A stretch of DNA of 64,000 nucleotides from Eubacterium sp. Lineage in GTDB: Bacteria > Bacillota > Clostridia > Lachnospirales > Lachnospiraceae. Positions 38,087 through 46,319 of the stretch are shown here, piece after piece. The notes under the pieces are model-generated. The model was not told the DNA's origin and ran no database searches. It saw only the letters and a program-made list of their open reading frames with translations. The position numbers were made by a program, and so were the translations under genes. The stretch lies in NCBI GenBank assembly GCA_024696635.1, contig JAILGP010000002.1, forward strand, positions 1,276-65,275, written 5' to 3'. How positions within the stretch are numbered: the first letter of the stretch is position 1; every line of letters starts with the position of its first letter.

Positions 38087-39622
38087 ATGGACAAGGACGT
38101 TGAAAACACAAGTAAAGTAGAAACTCAGGAGACTTCAGAACCAAAGCTTAGCTGGGAAGAAAAGTATGGTAAAAAAGGAAAAAACGGTAAAAAGAAGAAG
38201 GCAAAGCCTGGGGTTGTAATTGCAATAGTTGCAGCTGTTCTTATTGTTTTGGGTCTTGTTGTTGTATGGGGCTATCGTACATACACGAATGCAATGCAGT
38301 CTGTTCAGGAAGCTATGGGTGATGGAACAGTGGTAGAAGCCTATGGACCTCAGGATATGACAGCTTATATCGATGTTAATGGTGTAGTAGAAAGTGATAA
38401 TGTTGAAACTGTTACAACTGAACTCACATATGCCGTAAAGGAAATAAAGGTTGAAGTGGGAGACCATGTAAAGAAGGGCGATGTTGTAGCGGTTATAGAT
38501 TCTGAAGGTATTGAAAGACAAATAGAGGATCTTGAGGCTCAGGCTTCTGATGCTGAAAGAATTAAGGCTAAGGAACTTGAGACTGCAAGACATAGTCTTA
38601 ATAATGCATCAAATGCTCAGAGTCAGACTATGGATGCTGCAAATAAGAGTATTAGCGAGGCAAAGAAGGCATTTGAAGATGCAGATACAGATTATTATGA
38701 CAAGCTTGATGCATATAATGATGCCTGGAATACAGTTGCTGAGTATGCTACAAGTACAGATGCTATAGAGAGTAATCCTGCAGTTTCATCTGCAAAGGCT
38801 TCTCTGGATGCAGCAGAAGAAATGTGGTATGTAAAGCAGTATGCTTATGATCAGGCTACAAGCAATTATTCAGACACTGCAACATCTGCTTCAAGCACAT
38901 ATCAGTCTGCTAAGGATTCTTATGATATGACACAGATAAGTAATACATCTTCTTATTCAGCAACAGCATCACAGCTTGCTGACCTTTATGAAAAGAAGGG
39001 CGATACAGTTATAATTGCCCAATCAAGTGGAATAGTTACATCAATAAATGCAGTTGTAGGTCTTCCTGTAACAGGTTCAATCATGACAATTCAGGATGAT
39101 GAGAATCTTGTAATAAATGTAGGTATCAAGGAAAAAGATATATTTTCAGTAAAAGAGGGAATGACTGTTGAGTTTTCCAATAATCAGCTTGAAAATGTAA
39201 CTGGTAAGGGTCTGGTTACAAAGGTTAATACATTTGCAGTACCAGATACATCTTCAGTATCTGCAGTTAAAAGTGTTAATACAGCGGCACTAGATAATAC
39301 ATTTAATGCAAAGCTTTCTATTACTGAGAAGAATGATATTCTTATTGGAATGAAGCTCAAGGGACGTATTTCAACTGGAGAAGAGTCCAGAGTTAATGCA
39401 GTTCCTTATACAGCTATTCTTGCTGATGAAGATGGTGAGTATGTATATGTAGCTGAGGAAGTGCAAAATGGTATGTACTCAGTAGTCAGAAAGAGTGTTG
39501 AAAAAGGTATGAGTGGAGATTACTATGTGGAAATAACAGGTGGAGATCTTGTTGAAGGCGATAAGGTAATTTGTTATCCAAATACTGTAATGGAAGGCGG
39601 AATAGTAACTATAACTGAGTAA
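38087..39622 (+). CDS. HlyD/MacA-like membrane fusion (efflux adaptor) protein
   Basis: N-terminal TM, VKEIKVEVGDHVKKGD hairpin, coiled coil, IIAQSSGIV, VPYTAI; adjacent to ABC genes. Confidence 0.85.
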   Translation: MDKDVENTSKVETQETSEPKLSWEEKYGKKGKNGKKKKAKPGVVIAIVAAVLIVLGLVVVWGYRTYTNAMQSVQEAMGDGTVVEAYGPQDMTAYIDVNGVVESDNVETVTTELTYAVKEIKVEVGDHVKKGDVVAVIDSEGIERQIEDLEAQASDAERIKAKELETARHSLNNASNAQSQTMDAANKSISEAKKAFEDADTDYYDKLDAYNDAWNTVAEYATSTDAIESNPAVSSAKASLDAAEEMWYVKQYAYDQATSNYSDTATSASSTYQSAKDSYDMTQISNTSSYSATASQLADLYEKKGDTVIIAQSSGIVTSINAVVGLPVTGSIMTIQDDENLVINVGIKEKDIFSVKEGMTVEFSNNQLENVTGKGLVTKVNTFAVPDTSSVSAVKSVNTAALDNTFNAKLSITEKNDILIGMKLKGRISTGEESRVNAVPYTAILADEDGEYVYVAEEVQNGMYSVVRKSVEKGMSGDYYVEITGGDLVEGDKVICYPNTVMEGGIVTITE

Positions 39623-39625
39623 AGG

Positions 39626-40348
39626 ATGTGTGCATTTATGAATAAAGTAATCGAGATGCAGCACATCAATAAGAAATACTACGAAGGTAAAGAAAATGAG
39701 CTGCATATACTTCACGATATAGATTTTACCGTAAACAATGGTGAGTTTGTATCACTGGTAGGTGAATCCGGATCTGGTAAATCTACCATGATGAATATAA
39801 TAGGCGCTTTAGACAGACCTACCTCAGGAAATTATTATCTGGCAGGAGAAGATATCTCTAGTCTTGATGATGATCGTCTTAGTGAAATAAGAAACAGAGA
39901 AATAGGATTTGTCTTCCAGAGCGCATATATGATTCCACGTATTTCAGCGGTGGAAAATGTGGAAGTGCCTCTTATGTATGCTGGAGTATCCAGAAAACAG
40001 AGGAGGGAAAAGGCTATGGATCTGCTGGAAATGGTAGGTATGGGCAAAAGATATAAACATAAGGCTAATGAACTATCGGGTGGACAGAATCAGAGGGTGG
40101 CGATAGCCAGGGCTTTGGCCTGTGACCCATCAATAATTCTTGCGGATGAACCTACTGGAGCTCTGGACTCTAAAACAGGACATCTGATAATGGATATATT
40201 TCACAGGCTTCATGAGGAACAGCATAAGACTATAGTTCTTATTACACATAGTAAGGAGCTGGCTCAGGAAACTGAAAGAATTATAACAATTAGTGATGGA
40301 TTTATAGTAAGTGATGAACAGAATATATCGAGGGGAGGGATCAACTAA
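39626..40348 (+). CDS. ABC exporter ATP-binding subunit (MacB/LolD type; start may be 39638)
   Basis: GESGSGKST, IGFVFQ, LSGGQNQR, LADEPTGALD. Confidence 0.93.
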   Translation: MCAFMNKVIEMQHINKKYYEGKENELHILHDIDFTVNNGEFVSLVGESGSGKSTMMNIIGALDRPTSGNYYLAGEDISSLDDDRLSEIRNREIGFVFQSAYMIPRISAVENVEVPLMYAGVSRKQRREKAMDLLEMVGMGKRYKHKANELSGGQNQRVAIARALACDPSIILADEPTGALDSKTGHLIMDIFHRLHEEQHKTIVLITHSKELAQETERIITISDGFIVSDEQNISRGGIN

Positions 40349-41643
40349 TGAATTTTGCAGAAAATCTCCGCCTGGCATGGTCTTGTGTAAAGTCCAATAA
40401 AATGCGTTCTATCCTGACTATGCTTGGTATAATAATCGGTATAAGTGCGGTTATTACTATTTCAACTCTTGGTTCATCTCTGAGACAGACTATATCAGGT
40501 ACTTATTCAGATATGATGAGTACCAATCAGCTTGCATTTTTCTGGGCGTCATATTCAGATGAAGTGGAAGAAGAACCATGTCAATTTGATCTTGAGACTA
40601 CCTATGAATTTAAAAAAGCATTTGCTGATCAGATTTCATCGGTAATGCTCCAGGAAAATGTGGGAACAGCTACATATCACTATGATGATCAAACGAAGGA
40701 TGTTAATGTTATAGGAATGTCTGAGGGTTATCTGGAGACAAATAAATACGAAATTATTATGGGACGAGATGTGGAATATGGTGACAGCTTTAGTAATAAG
40801 AAGGTTTGTGTCGTATCAGATAATTTTGTAAAATATGCTCTTGGTGGTATGGAAAATCCTATAGGCCAGAGATTGGAATTTGAAGTTTCTGATAACACAA
40901 TGACAGCTTATATAATAGGCGTATATAAGATGTCGGATAAGGCTACAAAGCTTACTGGACAGGCAAAGGTTTCTGAAAAAGATCAGGTAACAGATATGGT
41001 TATTCCTGTTTCTTATGCCTGGGATTTTTTGGAGGTTCCTGAAGATATAAGAAGTAATTATTACCTTTACGTTAATGCAAATAACGGAGTTGACAGTGAA
41101 GAACTTATGGAAAATATTAAAACATATTTCGAGTCAAAAAAGTCTCCTGAAAGTTCGTATTTCCTTTATGTCGAGAGCTTGGAGCAGCAGCTTAAGATGA
41201 TAAGTAATGTTTTGGATGTAATTACTATTATCATATCCATTATTGCAGCTATATCCCTTATAGTAGGTGGTATAGGAGTAATGAATATCATGCTGGTATC
41301 CGTTGTGGAACGTACTAAGGAAATAGGTATAAGAAAGGCTCTTGGTGCTAAAAATAAGGTTATAGAGGCTCAGTTTCTGGTGGAATCAGTTCTTATTTGT
41401 GCTATTGGTGGTATTGTAGGAATTCTTTCTGGCTTACTAAATGGTGGAATTATTGCTGCGGTGGCTAAGGCGATAGTATCGCGGTCAGAGGAATTTAATT
41501 TCCTTTCTGTAAATGTAAGCCCTCCAGTGACTATGATAATTGTTGCATTCCTGTTTTCTACACTTGTAGGTATAGTATTTGGATTATATCCTGCAAGAAG
41601 GGCTGCAAGACTTTCACCAATTGATGCTCTTAGATATGAGTAA
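40348..41643 (+). CDS. ABC exporter permease (MacB/FtsX type)
   Basis: RSILTMLGIIIGI, GGIGVMNIMLVSV.ERTKEIGIRKALGA, FGLYPARRAARLSPIDALRYE. Confidence 0.93.
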   Translation: MNFAENLRLAWSCVKSNKMRSILTMLGIIIGISAVITISTLGSSLRQTISGTYSDMMSTNQLAFFWASYSDEVEEEPCQFDLETTYEFKKAFADQISSVMLQENVGTATYHYDDQTKDVNVIGMSEGYLETNKYEIIMGRDVEYGDSFSNKKVCVVSDNFVKYALGGMENPIGQRLEFEVSDNTMTAYIIGVYKMSDKATKLTGQAKVSEKDQVTDMVIPVSYAWDFLEVPEDIRSNYYLYVNANNGVDSEELMENIKTYFESKKSPESSYFLYVESLEQQLKMISNVLDVITIIISIIAAISLIVGGIGVMNIMLVSVVERTKEIGIRKALGAKNKVIEAQFLVESVLICAIGGIVGILSGLLNGGIIAAVAKAIVSRSEEFNFLSVNVSPPVTMIIVAFLFSTLVGIVFGLYPARRAARLSPIDALRYE

Positions 41644-41684
41644 AATATCATACAATTGTATACTTGAAATTATTATTTGATTTA

Positions 41685-41725
41685 GATTCCTGTCTTGCGA
41701 ATATTGTGAGGCAGGAATTATTATT
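41685..41725 (+). terminator. Hairpin after the exporter operon
   Basis: attcctgtcttgcg-aatat-tgtgaggcaggaat then an AT-rich tract. Confidence 0.6.
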
Positions 41726-41814
41726 TTATATGGATTTGATGTTTTCTTTATGTTGACAAGTTATTTTCTATATTGTATGTTTGAAAATAATTACAAAGGT
41801 TGAGGAGTATAATT

Positions 41815-42048
41815 ATGATATTTGATAAAATAATTGAATTACTTGTAGATTTTTCTATACAGCCACAGGATATTACTATGGAAACTTCTTTTAAGGATGA
41901 TCTGGCTATTGATTCCCTGGAGCTTTATAATCTTGTTATGGCTCTTGAGGAAGAATTCAATATTGAAATGCCAGAGGAAAGAACTGGAGAGATTGAGACC
42001 ATAGAGGATTTAATTCGTGTCCTTAAAGAGCTTGGTGTAGAGGAATAA
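41815..42048 (+). CDS. Acyl carrier protein (monocistronic)
   Basis: DDLAIDSLELYNLVMALEEEFNIEMP with DSL phosphopantetheine site; GAGGAG RBS. Confidence 0.9.
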   Translation: MIFDKIIELLVDFSIQPQDITMETSFKDDLAIDSLELYNLVMALEEEFNIEMPEERTGEIETIEDLIRVLKELGVEE

Positions 42049-42094
42049 AAGATTTAATTCGTGTCCTTAAAGAACCAGGTTTTAAGGAATAAAA
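42007..42094 (+). repeat. 44-bp tandem duplication of the ACP gene 3' end
   Basis: gatttaattcgtgtccttaaaga...aggaataaaa at 42007 and 42051. Confidence 0.9.
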
Positions 42095-42116
42095 ACTTTG
42101 AAAATCAGATTATAAT

Positions 42117-42154
42117 AAAAGGGCCAGTCTATAAGTGTAGACTGGCTCTTTTTT
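42117..42154. terminator. Bidirectional intrinsic terminator
   Basis: aaaa-gggccagtcta-taagtg-tagactggctc-tttttt. Confidence 0.85.
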
Positions 42155-42270
42155 GAAGAATCGATAGGGAATATTTCAAAAAGTTTTTTAAACTATTTTG
42201 AATATGGTTTTGGATTAGAATTGCCCCACGGGTTAAATGGGGCAATTCAGTATCAAAGGAGTTTATCATT

Positions 42271-42288
42271 AGTTAGATTTGCCTAACT
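42271..42288. promoter_or_regulatory. DtxR/MntR-family operator-like palindrome AGTTAG-N6-CTAACT
   Basis: agttagatttgcctaact; TTAG-N6-CTAA geometry of Sir/MntR boxes; adjacent to a DtxR-family gene. Confidence 0.65.
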
Positions 42289-42333
42289 GACATGTATAAT
42301 ACAATTTTTTTATTCGTTTGTCAATAGAAATAC

Positions 42334-42362
42334 TTGCCTTTTGGGTTAAATTATGCTAACAT
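42334..42362 (+). promoter_or_regulatory. Putative regulator promoter TTGCCT-N17-TAACAT (TGn extended) containing a second operator GTTAA-N6-CTAAC (42345-42360)
   Basis: Read directly; box spacing is identical to the one at 42272-42287. Confidence 0.55.
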
Positions 42363-42446
42363 TTGTTAAGATTTCAAATGTAGAATTAACATTTGTTTAT
42401 AATATGTAAGTAGGATAAAGAATAATTAATTTGGGAGGAAGGTAAA

Positions 42447-42830
42447 GTGACAATGGAGATTCATCAGTCTGCAGAGGATTATCTTGAGGCTATACTAATG
42501 ATTAAGGAAAAAAAAGGTTATGTAAGGTCTATAGATATAGCAAATCAGTTGGAGGTTTCAAAACCAAGTGTAAGCTATGCAACTAAGAGGCTTCGCGAAA
42601 ATGGATATATATCATTTAATGAAGATGGAATGATATCACTTACAGAATCTGGTTTTGAGATTGCAGACAAGATTTATACAAGACATAAGGTTCTGACTTC
42701 TATATTTAAAAAACTTGGGGTTGATGATAATATTGCAGCAGAAGACGCATGTAAGATTGAACATGATTTGGATCCTCAGACATTTGATGCTATACGTAAG
42801 TATGCTAAAGAGCATGGTCTTTGTGAATAA
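42447..42830 (+). CDS. DtxR/MntR-family metal-dependent transcriptional regulator (short form, no FeoA domain)
   Basis: SAEDYLEAI, VRSIDIA..LEVSKPSV, RHKVL, AAEDACKIEH. Confidence 0.92.
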   Translation: MTMEIHQSAEDYLEAILMIKEKKGYVRSIDIANQLEVSKPSVSYATKRLRENGYISFNEDGMISLTESGFEIADKIYTRHKVLTSIFKKLGVDDNIAAEDACKIEHDLDPQTFDAIRKYAKEHGLCE

Positions 42831-42930
42831 ATTGATTAAAATTAGTTAGAATATGAAATCATATATTTAATAAGTAAATCATATATTTAATAAGTAAATT
42901 ATATTTATTTGAATAATTCAATAAATTATA

Positions 42931-42972
42931 AAAAGACGTTTCCAGTTTGAATGGAAGCGTCTTTCTTTTTGT
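42931..42972. terminator. Bidirectional terminator between the regulator and the virD4-like gene
   Basis: aaaagacgtttcca-gtttgaa-tggaagcgtcttt-cttttt. Confidence 0.8.
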
Positions 42973-42978
42973 TAAAGG

Positions 42979-44367
42979 TTAAATGGCATCCTGCCTGAAG
43001 TAATCAGGTGTATATTTTTCGACCTTTATACCACCCTTGGTATTGCCGGATTCAAATACATATGCTGTATTTAGTGCCATATTAAGTACGTTGTAATATG
43101 GGATATTTAATTTTTCGCCTATATATTTTGCAGTCTCAACCTCTGGAGTTCCAAGGAAGAGCATGTGGTCGCAGTTAGCCATAATAGTGTTGGATTCGTA
43201 GGTTGTATAATTTTCGTTCAGCTGTGATACAGACTGAAGTATAATGCTGACGCTGATTTCACGGGATCTTATTACAGAAATAAGCTTAGAAAAATTAGGA
43301 ATAACTGTGTTGGTTGCAAAATCATCCAGTATGAATCTTACAGGAACCTTCAGTCTATGGTCTGGAAGGGAATCCGCATAATTAATAATCTTATTCATGG
43401 CCTGGGAATAGAATATATTTACTATTTTGTCACTGGATCTGTCACTGTCGCTGACATTGAGGAAAAGTGCTATTTTTTCTTTTCCGAGATCCGTAAAATC
43501 AAAATCGCTTTTAGAGCTATATATATAACGGGACTCCTTGATATCAAAACCTACAATGGAAGTTGCTACAACTATCATGATGCAGGAATAGGTTTTTTCT
43601 GCCTGGGATACTGTCTTAAACAATTTGTATCTTGTAACCGCGAAGCTGTTTGGAGATTCCGATTCCAGTTCATCAAAAATCGAATCTGTGAATTTGCTAT
43701 TGGAACATTCAGAAATTAATTCTATAAGTTTTTCAGGAGTATGATCACTATCTGGTGTTGCTTCAAGAAGAAAAGAAATAAGAGCAGTAAGGAATATCTG
43801 AGCGCTTCTTGGCCAGAAGGGATCTTTTTCATCAGGCTTAACAGGACAGAGATTTTCTGCTATAGTGGAAATATCCTGATTGTTATAGGTATTTGTTTCT
43901 TTGTCGTAAGTGATAAAGTCAAAGGGATTATAATGATTGGAATTGGTTCTTCCCATAAAATCAATTTTTAAAACCTTGTAGCCGGCTTGTTTAAGTTCAT
44001 TGGCATGTCTGTCATATAGGCAGTTCTTTGTATCGGAAATAATCATGCTGCCGCATTTCTGGGATATAAGTGGGTCCACATAACCGGTGGTCTTGCCTCG
44101 TCCTGAAGCGCCGATTATAAGGTCATTATTATTAAGACCTGTTATATGTGAATTGTTATTAACAAAGAAATCCTTTGCCAGCATACGGTATTCCGGACTG
44201 CTCATATTGGGTTTGGAGTTGCTTTCTAGAATCTTATCAAGGGGCTTTGTTTTTTTGCTTTGAACTTTTGGGGTTCTTGACTTTGTTTCCTTATTCTGAA
44301 CTTTTGGGGTTCTTGACTTTGTTTCCTGGCCCTTTGTTTTTTGGGGTGTTGAAGTATTAGTATTCAT
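42979..44367 (-). CDS. VirD4/TraG-like type IV coupling ATPase lacking N-terminal TM anchor
   Basis: TGLNNN.LIIGASGRGKT (Walker A), ISDTK, YNPFD, DPFW, PVRFILDDF (Walker B-like), IRSREISVSIILQS, IMANCD. Confidence 0.85.
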   Translation of the reverse strand: MNTNTSTPQKTKGQETKSRTPKVQNKETKSRTPKVQSKKTKPLDKILESNSKPNMSSPEYRMLAKDFFVNNNSHITGLNNNDLIIGASGRGKTTGYVDPLISQKCGSMIISDTKNCLYDRHANELKQAGYKVLKIDFMGRTNSNHYNPFDFITYDKETNTYNNQDISTIAENLCPVKPDEKDPFWPRSAQIFLTALISFLLEATPDSDHTPEKLIELISECSNSKFTDSIFDELESESPNSFAVTRYKLFKTVSQAEKTYSCIMIVVATSIVGFDIKESRYIYSSKSDFDFTDLGKEKIALFLNVSDSDRSSDKIVNIFYSQAMNKIINYADSLPDHRLKVPVRFILDDFATNTVIPNFSKLISVIRSREISVSIILQSVSQLNENYTTYESNTIMANCDHMLFLGTPEVETAKYIGEKLNIPYYNVLNMALNTAYVFESGNTKGGIKVEKYTPDYFRQDAI

Positions 44368-44442
44368 AGTTTTATACCTTTCTTACATAAATTATTAAGC
44401 TTTATTGATATTTGTTTTGAGGTAAACCTAAATTATATGCAT

Positions 44443-45024
44443 TTAGAACTCGGTGATTATTTCTGTCGCCAGACCGAATTCCAGTGCTTCCTCTGCATTG
44501 AAATATGAGTCTCCCTTGGTTTTGGAGTAAACAGTGCGAAGGGGTTTTCCAGTTCTTTCAGCTATTATTCTGGCCAGTTCTTCTCTGGTTTTCATGAGAT
44601 TTTCTAAAGTATCCTGAACCGCCAGAGCCTTTGACGGTGTATTTCCAAGGGTAACAGATGGATCATGAATCATAATCTGGGAATGCTTTGTCATACATCT
44701 TTTATCTCCTGCCAAAAAAATGATGGATCCCATGCTGGCTGCAATTCCTATACAGACTGTTTTTACGGGAGACTTTGCCATTCGGATAATGTCATAGAAA
44801 ACAAGACCTGAGGTAACTTCTCCGCCGGGTGAGGTGATATAGAGTGTTATCTCTTTGCCTGGGTCAATACGGTCCAGGTACATAAAACGTTTAATCATTT
44901 CCGACATGGTTTCACTGTCTACACCGTCAGAAAGAACTAACTCTCTGTTAGAAAACATATAATCATCAACTGAATAAATCTGTTTTCCGCTATTTGTTGT
45001 TTCAAGAATATTAACTGGTTTCAT
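44443..45024 (-). CDS. ClpP-family serine peptidase (non-housekeeping paralogue)
   Basis: LYITSPGG, GIAASMGS (Ser), IMIHDP (His), GDSYF (Asp), AEEALEFGL; AAGGAG RBS. Confidence 0.9.
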   Translation of the reverse strand: MKPVNILETTNSGKQIYSVDDYMFSNRELVLSDGVDSETMSEMIKRFMYLDRIDPGKEITLYITSPGGEVTSGLVFYDIIRMAKSPVKTVCIGIAASMGSIIFLAGDKRCMTKHSQIMIHDPSVTLGNTPSKALAVQDTLENLMKTREELARIIAERTGKPLRTVYSKTKGDSYFNAEEALEFGLATEIITEF

Positions 45025-46003
45025 ACTTTTCTCTCCTTAAATAAGTAATATGTATATTTTTATCTAAGCTTTTTATTTTATCCTCGCTAAGCATGGGGAT
45101 TACACCGATGATAAAGACCAATCTTTTTATGTATATGCATTCATCGGATGGGGAAAGCTTGTTTGGGATCTGATTTGGGATCTGATTTGGAATCTGATTT
45201 AGAACTTCTTTATCCATATATTTACGTAGATCTTTTTTTTCTGTTTCGATAAAGTTCTTAATATATTTATCATTATTGTATAAATCCTTAGGCCAATTAT
45301 CCGATCTATTATATAAGAAGAAATCAATGTAGCTTATTGCCTCGGCTAAAGTGATATTATCAGAGGTATTATCAAAGCTTTTATCAGTTAGGTTCTCAAA
45401 ATAATAGGTTTGGAGTATTTTTATAAATATGTTAATGCCATTAATTTCTGATTCATAAAAAAATAGGGCATCTGGGGTTTTTTTATCAAGATATTTAAGT
45501 ATCTGATCAAAACTTGTGTTCATTATCCTTTGGAGGCAGAAGGTGTATTTTCTTAATAAATATATTTTTTCAAATGTTTTGTTAGGAATAATAGAAGCTG
45601 AATTTTTTCCTGCCTTAAAACTTGCAGCTTTCTTTATTTTATTTTTTTGAATTATACTATCCAGACTTTGGGGTAAATTATTATTGATAAAACTATTTGG
45701 CTGCTTTTTTTTCATGTTATTCTGTTCAGCTTTTTGAATGTTGGCTATATATTTACTGATGAAGTAAATGATTTTGCTTATTTCATTAAAATTATCATCC
45801 AGCCAATTGTTTGTAATAAGGTCATTCAGCGATTTATCCCAACTTGGAATATCAGATGGATTTTTAAGTAGGATACTTAAATTATAATCTGTAATTTCAT
45901 TAAAATATTTATCAAGTACCGGCGGTCTGCTTATTTTGTTAGAGTGATAGTTGGTGATTATTTCATCCAGACTGATGGGGGTCGCCGTGTTATAAGTACT
46001 CAT
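45011..46003 (-). CDS. Hypothetical protein (Asn/Lys/Ile-rich), overlapping the clpP-like gene by 14 nt
   Basis: 330-codon ORF with AGGAGG RBS; no motif recognised. Confidence 0.7.
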   Translation of the reverse strand: MSTYNTATPISLDEIITNYHSNKISRPPVLDKYFNEITDYNLSILLKNPSDIPSWDKSLNDLITNNWLDDNFNEISKIIYFISKYIANIQKAEQNNMKKKQPNSFINNNLPQSLDSIIQKNKIKKAASFKAGKNSASIIPNKTFEKIYLLRKYTFCLQRIMNTSFDQILKYLDKKTPDALFFYESEINGINIFIKILQTYYFENLTDKSFDNTSDNITLAEAISYIDFFLYNRSDNWPKDLYNNDKYIKNFIETEKKDLRKYMDKEVLNQIPNQIPNQIPNKLSPSDECIYIKRLVFIIGVIPMLSEDKIKSLDKNIHITYLRREKYETS

Positions 46004-46319
46004 ATCAGTGTCCTCCTATTTTATAAGAAAATAGTTTTATTTTTTGACTATGGCTAAAACCAAAACATATTTGAATGTCTACATATTATTTAGCTCAAAA
46101 AAATATAAAAAAAAGTGTCCTGGTAGTTTAAAAATATTTATGGATGGTAATTTTTTTCTGGGATTATTATTGAAAGTGGTTAGGTGTAAATATATAATTT
46201 TGTTTATGGGGTTATAAGTGAAATATATTTGTTGCGCTTTTGTTATTAGCCTTAGTATAAAATGTGCATCAATATGAATAAGTAAAAAAAAGAAATTTAA
46301 ATTCTTATGGGAGGGTATT

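Larger units (their letters stand above)
42117..42289 (-). ncRNA. Candidate ~170-nt small RNA under DtxR/MntR-type control
   Basis: Minus-strand TTGACA(42324-42319)-N17-TATTAT(42301-42296), operator at +1, internal 11-bp hairpin, terminator; no RBS-led ORF. Confidence 0.45.

Noticed and set aside
42151-42291. 46-codon minus-strand ORF (MINSFDTELPHL...) inside the sRNA candidate
   Set aside because: No SD upstream, and it runs into the terminator stem; a leader peptide cannot be fully excluded without Ribo-seq.
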